Source: Naegleria gruberi
Lineage: Eukaryota
Strand: one strand, 5' to 3'
DNA length: 4,404 nt
NCBI GenBank assembly: GCA_000004985.1
Contig: GG739187.1
The notes under the pieces are model-generated. The model was not told where the DNA came from, did not search any database, and was given only the letters and a program-made list of their open reading frames with translations. Position numbers and translations under genes: made by a program. Shown piece after piece: positions 1 through 4,404 of the stretch; position 1 is the stretch's first letter, and each line of letters starts with the position of its first letter.

Positions 1-203
1 ACAGTAGAGGATGAACATTTGGAAAATTTGAGTGATTGTAAATAGATGGATTTCAATGCAAATTGTCCATTTCATGATTATTCTCAAAATATGAGCTAGA
101 CGAAATAGTGGCGAAACTATTGAGATCCTTCCTGATTACAGAATTCTGTAAAGGTTACTCAAGCTGAAAAGACAGTTTCATCCTTGGTTAAAAATTGGCA
201 CCA

Positions 204-219
204 AATTGAATATTCAATT
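204..219. repeat. 16-bp perfect palindrome aattgaatattcaatt
   Basis: Self-reverse-complementary, read directly. It lies about 350 bp upstream of the gene 1 ATG. Confidence 0.7.
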
Positions 220-272
220 AATTCTGTTCAGCTGCTATATTATGGAAGACTATTTTCTTTTTGGAAGTGATT

Positions 273-467
273 TTATAACAATGATTCATTAATTCTAATA
301 AGCTTGCACAAACCATCCACTTGGTCAGTATTAACATAGCTGGGATTCTCTAATAATTTACAGAAATCATGCCAGGAAATCAATCCATTGCTAATAGTGT
401 TTGGAACTGAGGTTTGTAAATTTTGTCCAGGGAGTTTGAATATTTTGTCTGAGTTACTGATCGGCAA
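273..467 (-). other. ATG-less 64-codon open frame (MPISNSDKIFKLPGQ..; track start is TTG)
   Basis: The frame is open, but there is no in-frame ATG before the upstream stop at 483-485. It could be a terminal exon of an unseen minus-strand gene, or chance. Confidence 0.15.
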
Positions 468-558
468 ACCATTCGTCTTCTTTTATTTCTACGGAGAAGA
501 AACTCCACAACACCATTGCCAAAACATTTTTTAAATTGTTTATTATTTTTTTAATTTT

Positions 559-565
559 AAAAAAA
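559..565 (+). promoter_or_regulatory. A7 translation-initiation context of gene 1 (ttttaaaaaaaATGAG)
   Basis: Homopolymer A run abutting the ATG. The same 13-mer taaaaaaaATGAG occurs at the minus-strand gene start. Confidence 0.4.
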
Positions 566-988
566 ATGAGAAAAACTCTGATTGGCCGAAAAGCTGGAGA
601 CTCGGACCAATTCAAAGAGAAAAAGTCGGCAACAACAACAACATCACGATCAACATTCTCTCTAGGAATACCCTTTAGGAAGAAGAAGGAAGCTCCTCCT
701 GATAAGAGTAGTACATTTACGGGTGAGAGAAGGAGAAGTGATGATTCGAAATTAAATGATTTATCATCATTGGAAAATGGTGAAAAGAGAAGGTCTTCAT
801 TTTCGGAACAAAATGATAAAAGACAATTCGGATTGATTATGGATCAAGAAAATTTGGTTTCGAAAGAAAACTTTAAATTAACTGATGATAACATGTTAAT
901 GCCTGGAACTGCAGACGAATATAACGAGGATTTACTTCTTCACAAAGGTTATTTAGTGAAAGAGGGAGGAAATATTCACAATTGGAAG
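566..988 (+). CDS. PH-domain protein, exon 1 (5' complete): basic/Ser-rich N-terminal region with RRxS motifs plus first beta-strand of the PH domain (..HKGYLVKEGGNIHNWK)
   Basis: The frame is open from ATG at 566-568 and is preceded by seven A residues (559-565). The first in-frame ATG is at 566; 536 is only TTG. Codon usage matches the other genes (aga/agg Arg, gaa Glu, tta/ttg Leu). The exon ends at a complete codon (aag, Lys) directly before GTAAGA. Confidence 0.7.
632..643 (+). repeat. coding trinucleotide microsatellite (ACA)4 encoding TTTT
   Basis: aca aca aca aca in frame within gene 1 exon 1. Confidence 0.6.
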
Positions 989-1256
989 GTAAGATATCTA
1001 GTTGACTAGAAATTATTTAAAATCAAATTAGAGGAGATATTTTAAATTATTCACAACAAGAATAGAATACTACAAGGATGAGGAACAAACCAAAGCCATC
1101 AAGAGCTTCCCAATTACCAAATCTACACAGGTTGGTGAAGCCCCTGAAAAAGGAAGCTCTAAACCTAACACTTTCAAGGTTGTGACAGCCGATAGAACAT
1201 TGTTTTTATCAGCATCAAACAGAGAACAAATGTTCGATTGGATTAAGAAGATTACA
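944..1256 (+). other. pleckstrin-homology (PH) domain, interrupted by the 43-nt intron
   Basis: Spliced sequence KGYLVKEGGNIHNWKRRYFKLFTTRIEYYKD....FKVVTADRTLFLSASNREQMFDWIKKI follows the PH consensus: basic G-x-L-x-K, then WKRRYFVL, then YYKD, then R-x-F-x-L-x-A-x-S-x-x-E-x-x-W-[IM]. This is established knowledge of the PH fold. Confidence 0.65.
989..1031 (+). other. spliceosomal intron, 43 nt, phase 0 (gtaaga....aattag)
   Basis: The donor GTAAGA lies immediately after ..NWK. Read-through gives VRYLVD then stop TAG at 1007-1009. The upstream reading frame is blocked by TAG at 1029-1031. Only the acceptor AG at 1030-1031 joins ..NWK to RRYFKLFTTRIEYYKD.., which restores the canonical PH-domain core WKRRYF. 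Phase is consistent: the first exon is 423 nt, exactly 141 codons. Confidence 0.65.
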
Positions 1257-1382
1257 ACAGCAGCTCGGTCTATACATTTAGTGAAACCAAAACTAATGTC
1301 TCCATTTTTACATTTGCAAAAAGTGCCACTACTTAAAAAGAGTGCACCAAACTTTAAGGATTATTTAAGCTCTGCTGTAGAA
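1032..1382 (+). CDS. PH-domain protein, exon 2 (3' truncated by scaffold gap): RRYFKLFTTRIEYYKDEEQTKAIKSFPITKSTQVGEAPEKGSSKPNTFKVVTADRTLFLSASNREQMFDWIKKITTAARSIHLVKPKLMSPFLHLQKVPLLKKSAPNFKDYLSSAVE..
   Basis: 117 complete codons with no stop run up to the first N. The segment contains the remaining PH-domain strands and the C-terminal helix with the invariant Trp (FDWIKKI). The GTG 'start' at 1182 in the ORF track is an artefact of alternative-start calling, not a real initiation codon. Confidence 0.7.
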
Positions 1383-2473
1383 NNNNNNNNNNNNNNNNNN
1401 NNNNNNNNNNNNNNNNNNNNNNNNNNNNNNNNNNNNNNNNNNNNNNNNNNNNNNNNNNNNNNNNNNNNNNNNNNNNNNNNNNNNNNNNNNNNNNNNNNNN
1501 NNNNNNNNNNNNNNNNNNNNNNNNNNNNNNNNNNNNNNNNNNNNNNNNNNNNNNNNNNNNNNNNNNNNNNNNNNNNNNNNNNNNNNNNNNNNNNNNNNNN
1601 NNNNNNNNNNNNNNNNNNNNNNNNNNNNNNNNNNNNNNNNNNNNNNNNNNNNNNNNNNNNNNNNNNNNNNNNNNNNNNNNNNNNNNNNNNNNNNNNNNNN
1701 NNNNNNNNNNNNNNNNNNNNNNNNNNNNNNNNNNNNNNNNNNNNNNNNNNNNNNNNNNNNNNNNNNNNNNNNNNNNNNNNNNNNNNNNNNNNNNNNNNNN
1801 NNNNNNNNNNNNNNNNNNNNNNNNNNNNNNNNNNNNNNNNNNNNNNNNNNNNNNNNNNNNNNNNNNNNNNNNNNNNNNNNNNNNNNNNNNNNNNNNNNNN
1901 NNNNNNNNNNNNNNNNNNNNNNNNNNNNNNNNNNNNNNNNNNNNNNNNNNNNNNNNNNNNNNNNNNNNNNNNNNNNNNNNNNNNNNNNNNNNNNNNNNNN
2001 NNNNNNNNNNNNNNNNNNNNNNNNNNNNNNNNNNNNNNNNNNNNNNNNNNNNNNNNNNNNNNNNNNNNNNNNNNNNNNNNNNNNNNNNNNNNNNNNNNNN
2101 NNNNNNNNNNNNNNNNNNNNNNNNNNNNNNNNNNNNNNNNNNNNNNNNNNNNNNNNNNNNNNNNNNNNNNNNNNNNNNNNNNNNNNNNNNNNNNNNNNNN
2201 NNNNNNNNNNNNNNNNNNNNNNNNNNNNNNNNNNNNNNNNNNNNNNNNNNNNNNNNNNNNNNNNNNNNNNNNNNNNNNNNNNNNNNNNNNNNNNNNNNNN
2301 NNNNNNNNNNNNNNNNNNNNNNNNNNNNNNNNNNNNNNNNNNNNNNNNNNNNNNNNNNNNNNNNNNNNNNNNNNNNNNNNNNNNNNNNNNNNNNNNNNNN
2401 NNNNNNNNNNNNNNNNNNNNNNNNNNNNNNNNNNNNNNNNNNNNNNNNNNNNNNNNNNNNNNNNNNNNNNNNN
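1383..2473. other. scaffold/assembly gap (1091 N)
   Basis: An uninterrupted run of N. Every ORF called across it (1182..2489 +, 1354..3078 -, 1365..2477 -) is meaningless inside this interval. Confidence 0.99.
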
Positions 2474-3045
2474 GCATTATTTACAGTAAATAGTTCTATA
2501 GTGTTTGAGTTTCTCCACAGTAAGTCTCTTTCATTACCACCTTCCTCAGAGAGAGACAAATCACCAAAATCATAGGAAGCTGTAATATCCTCACTAATAA
2601 AATCCAATGTATCTTGTCTCGTTAAATTCCACACAGCGAATGATTCATCAGCTTCCGATTTTAATTCAGTATTATTTTCCTTTAAAGTTTTTATATTATT
2701 TTCCTTCTGACCAATTTCATAGTCTAAAACTAGTTTCTTTGCCTTATATTCCTTAATGATGGCTCTCAGATTTTCCATCTCCCTCCGATCATTCTCAGAG
2801 AAACTACTATCAATTTGATCAGCACTAGCTGTTGCAACAGATTGATTAAGTGGAGCCTTATTCGTCGGTTTAAATGGTTTATATTCATCTGTTAAAAGTG
2901 AAGAAACCACAGATATCGTATCGCTCAATTCAGGTTGTGGATAATTAGCTCCAGCACCAGATGATGATAAGAGTGAGGATAATTGAGCCTGTGGTTGGGA
3001 TGCTCCATATTGACTCGAGAATGAGGCTGACCTTAAATTCCTCAT
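2474..3045 (-). CDS. hypothetical protein, 5' complete and 3' end lost in gap: N-terminal S/Q/A-rich low-complexity region, coiled-coil-like segment (ENLRAIIKEYKAKKLVLDYEIGQKENNIKTLKENNTELK) and acidic patch (DFISEDITASYDFGDLSLSEEGG)
   Basis: About 190 codons are open on the minus strand from the gap edge to ATG at 3043-3045. That ATG sits in ttataaaaaaaATGAGG, the same 13-nt context (taaaaaaaATGAG) as gene 1. A further upstream ATG at 3076-3078 would add MSMCFSIIIKK but lacks the A-tract context. No GT..AG intron is needed. Confidence 0.6.
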
Positions 3046-3052
3046 TTTTTTT
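3046..3052 (-). promoter_or_regulatory. A7 translation-initiation context of the minus-strand gene (ttataaaaaaaATGAGG on minus strand)
   Basis: T7 on the plus strand directly 3' of CAT (3043-3045). Confidence 0.4.
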
Positions 3053-3124
3053 ATAATGATAGAAAAACACATTGACATTGTTACTCTTTATCAATTCATT
3101 ATCATATTAGAATTTTTGATGTCT

Positions 3125-3138
3125 TTTAAGGTGGCACT
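3125..3138 (+). repeat. inverted-repeat arm A: tttaaggtggcact
   Basis: Exact reverse complement of 4063-4076, read directly from the sequence. Confidence 0.85.
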
Positions 3139-3158
3139 ATTGTTCAGTGTTCACCAAA

Positions 3159-3173
3159 TTTTTTTTAAAAAAA
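3159..3173. promoter_or_regulatory. T8A7 homopolymer tract (near-palindromic) about 115 bp upstream of the minus-strand gene ATG
   Basis: ttttttttaaaaaaa read directly. Poly(dA:dT) tracts are known nucleosome-excluding promoter elements in AT-rich eukaryotes. It also lies inside the putative TIR element, and a similar tract occurs at the same offset from the other terminus. Confidence 0.3.
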
Positions 3174-3691
3174 TACAAGTCAAAGATCAGTCACCTTCTT
3201 TGTTTTGCACTTCTTCTGTCCTTTGTGGCAATCATCACACAAATTGCACTGGATTTACAAGTACAACTCCTTTTCCAGTACAAGTACATGGTCTATTTTC
3301 TTCTTTGATGGTGGATTTCTTTTTCGGAATTAATAATTGTTGATTGTTAGTGGCTTTCCTTTATATTCAACAAACAATCCTTTAGCATCTTTCTTAGATA
3401 ATTTATTCATGAGGGGAAAATTTAGTGGTTTTATGAATGATTTGTGTATGTGAAATACTGCTAAATCCACTCTTCCTATCTTTTTGAAACAAACTTGCAC
3501 ATACTATTCAGAGACTCATTGGATTGAGTGTGAGCACTCTTTTTATAAGAATCTGCACTTTCAGCAAGTTCTGTAAATGTGAATCATCATTTTAAAAATC
3601 ATATCAGCATACAATTCCATTTTTAAAATAAATATAATTTTCGTTAGCACTTTTGATTACCTATTTTCTTAGAAGAGGAATAACATCACCA

Positions 3692-3706
3692 AAATGTAAT
3701 GCAGGA
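3692..3706 (+). repeat. direct repeat copy 1: aaatgtaatgcagga
   Basis: Exact 15-mer shared with 3877-3891. The flanks diverge immediately. Confidence 0.8.
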
Positions 3707-3876
3707 ACAAATACAACAACATCTCTAGACCATATGTTGTTCTTCTCTGGGTTTTATCTTGTTGCTGGTGCGTGCAAGAGGGTTGGAACTTTAATTTTTT
3801 TACCGTTACATTTCTGATAACAAATTCGATCAACGGAGGAATTTATTATTTATTCAATAACTAGTGATTTGTAAAG

Positions 3877-3891
3877 AAATGTAATGCAGGA
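3877..3891 (+). repeat. direct repeat copy 2: aaatgtaatgcagga (followed by a third partial tgtaat at 3893-3898)
   Basis: Exact 15-mer, 185 bp downstream of copy 1. A degenerate third version, aaatgtgaat, lies at 3575-3584. Confidence 0.8.
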
Positions 3892-4062
3892 TTGTAATAT
3901 ATACATCTCATAGGACATTTTCTCTTCGAATGATATCTCCAGAGTGGTAGCATTCCGTGGGAGAGGTTCTCAAACATTAACAATTTACTTCGTATGTCAG
4001 CAAGAAATTTTAAAAAGTTGGACCAAAAATTTTTAACAAAATTTCCTTTTATTGCGAGCTAC

Positions 4063-4076
4063 AGTGCCACCTTAAA
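4063..4076 (-). repeat. inverted-repeat arm B: agtgccaccttaaa (reverse complement = tttaaggtggcact)
   Basis: Exact reverse complement of 3125-3138. The arms are about 925 bp apart. Confidence 0.85.
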
Positions 4077-4158
4077 TATATGTTCAATAATCAAATAATA
4101 ATAGTTTTACATTGTTGACCGAAAAATTGGATAATACTAATAAATTAAAAATTCAATC

Positions 4159-4166
4159 AAAAAAAA
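4159..4166 (+). promoter_or_regulatory. A8 translation-initiation context of gene 3 (caaaaaaaaATGCTT)
   Basis: A run abutting ATG at 4167. Confidence 0.4.
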
Positions 4167-4404
4167 ATGCTTTCTTTTCTTGATAGGGCAGGCTTCTTTC
4201 ATAACAAGGCTGTGTTTGAACCACTACTCCGAAAACATGGTATCAAGGCTTCAAAGATAACTGCAATGATAAATGCAGAAATTGAATCGGAAGGTAATGA
4301 TAAAATTCTTCCATTTAGAAAAGTGAGAATTGCTGGAAAGAAGGAACCTATTTTAAAGCAACCATGTACTGGGTCGTTATTAGCAAATAATACTAATTTT
4401 ACAC
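4167..4404 (+). CDS. hypothetical protein, N-terminal fragment running off the window (MLSFLDRAGFFHNKAVFEPLLRKHGIKASKITAMINAEIESEGNDKILPFRKVRIAGKKEPILKQPCTGSLLANNTNFT..)
   Basis: ATG at 4167-4169 is preceded by eight A residues (4159-4166), like the other two starts. 79 codons are open to the window end, with consistent codon usage. It is absent from the ORF track only because it is truncated. Its product is not recognisable. Confidence 0.45.
   Translation, partial: MLSFLDRAGFFHNKAVFEPLLRKHGIKASKITAMINAEIESEGNDKILPFRKVRIAGKKEPILKQPCTGSLLANNTNFT

Larger units (their letters stand above)
3130..4071. mobile_element. putative non-autonomous TIR element (MITE-like, about 942 bp) with 9-bp terminal inverted repeats GGTGGCACT..AGTGCCACC and flanking TTAA/TTAA
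   Basis: A perfect 14-bp inverted repeat, 3125-3138 and 4063-4076, brackets almost the whole divergent spacer. TTAA lies immediately outside the 9-bp core on both sides (3126-3129 and 4072-4075), consistent with a TTAA target-site duplication. No ORF longer than about 35 codons lies inside. A/T tracts sit at near-equal subterminal offsets (about 26-27 nt) from each end. Confidence 0.3.

Noticed and set aside
1-45. Open frame from the window edge to TAG 43-45 (TVEDEHLENLSDCK*), a possible C-terminus of an upstream plus-strand gene
   Set aside because: Only 14 codons. Far too short to separate from chance.
1182-2489. 435-aa, 574-aa and 370-aa ORFs from the track that span the N run (1182..2489 +, 1354..3078 -, 1365..2477 -)
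   Set aside because: Most of their length is translated N. Only the flanking real sequence was used, for gene 1 exon 2 and for the minus-strand gene. The GTG 'start' at 1182 is internal to exon 2.
3109-3118. Sm-site-like AATTTTTGA
   Set aside because: No neighbouring snRNA hallmarks were found: no U1 acttacctg, no U2 branch-recognition sequence, no U5 loop, no U6 acagaga. It is a common AT-rich oligomer.
3056-3343. 95-aa plus-strand ORF from the track (MIEKHIDIVTLYQFIIILEF..)
   Set aside because: It starts inside the 5' leader of the minus-strand gene and reads straight through the T8A7 homopolymer tract (FFKKIQ). It is hydrophobic and low-complexity, with no A-tract start context. Most likely a chance ORF in promoter DNA.
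3170-3420. Minus-strand mini-ORFs (MNKLSKKDAKGLFVEYKGKPLTINNY*, a Cys-containing 30-aa frame) in the spacer
   Set aside because: Each is 35 codons or fewer. No plausible splice joins them, and they lack the A-tract start context. Treated as noise.
3561-3592. Minus-strand RTGATGA (C-box-like, 3583-3590) followed by CTGA (3561-3564)
   Set aside because: The boxes are only about 20 nt apart, with no terminal stem and no D' or C' boxes. Not a credible C/D snoRNA.
3941-3975. tRNA-like motifs (agtggtag D-loop-like and ggttctcaaac T-loop-like)
   Set aside because: I could not fold a cloverleaf. No complementary acceptor, D or T stems exist, and the spacing is wrong. Coincidental motif matches.
4278-4310. 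Possible 25-nt GT..AG intron (gtaatga..catttag) in gene 3
   Set aside because: Removing it shifts the frame and creates an immediate TGA. Read-through keeps a clean open frame, so it was treated as exonic.

Overview
The window is an AT-rich, gene-dense stretch of eukaryotic nuclear DNA, not a prokaryotic locus. The evidence is a 43-nt GT..AG intron that splits a canonical PH domain, and A7-8 tracts immediately 5' of three ATG start codons. I can support three protein-coding genes. (1) A plus-strand gene (join 566..988, 1032..1382) encodes a basic, Ser-rich N-terminus with RRxS motifs followed by a textbook pleckstrin-homology domain; its 3' end is lost in the gap. (2) A convergent minus-strand gene (2474..3045, start ATG at 3043-3045) encodes an S/Q-rich, coiled-coil, acidic protein whose 3' end is also lost in the gap. 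(3) A plus-strand gene starts at 4167 and runs off the window; I do not recognise its product. Positions 1383..2473 are a 1091-N scaffold gap, so every ORF called through it is an artefact. The most interesting signal is in the 1.1-kb divergent spacer between genes 2 and 3. It is bounded by a perfect 14-bp inverted repeat (tttaaggtggcact / agtgccaccttaaa) with TTAA immediately outside a 9-bp core on both sides. That is the geometry of a TTAA-targeting TIR element (MITE-like, about 942 bp) sitting in a bidirectional promoter. The same spacer carries an exact 15-bp direct repeat (aaatgtaatgcagga, twice) and a T8A7 tract. No rRNA, tRNA, CRISPR or convincing small-RNA gene is present. The organism cannot be named from the sequence; codon usage and start context suggest an AT-rich compact fungal or protist genome.
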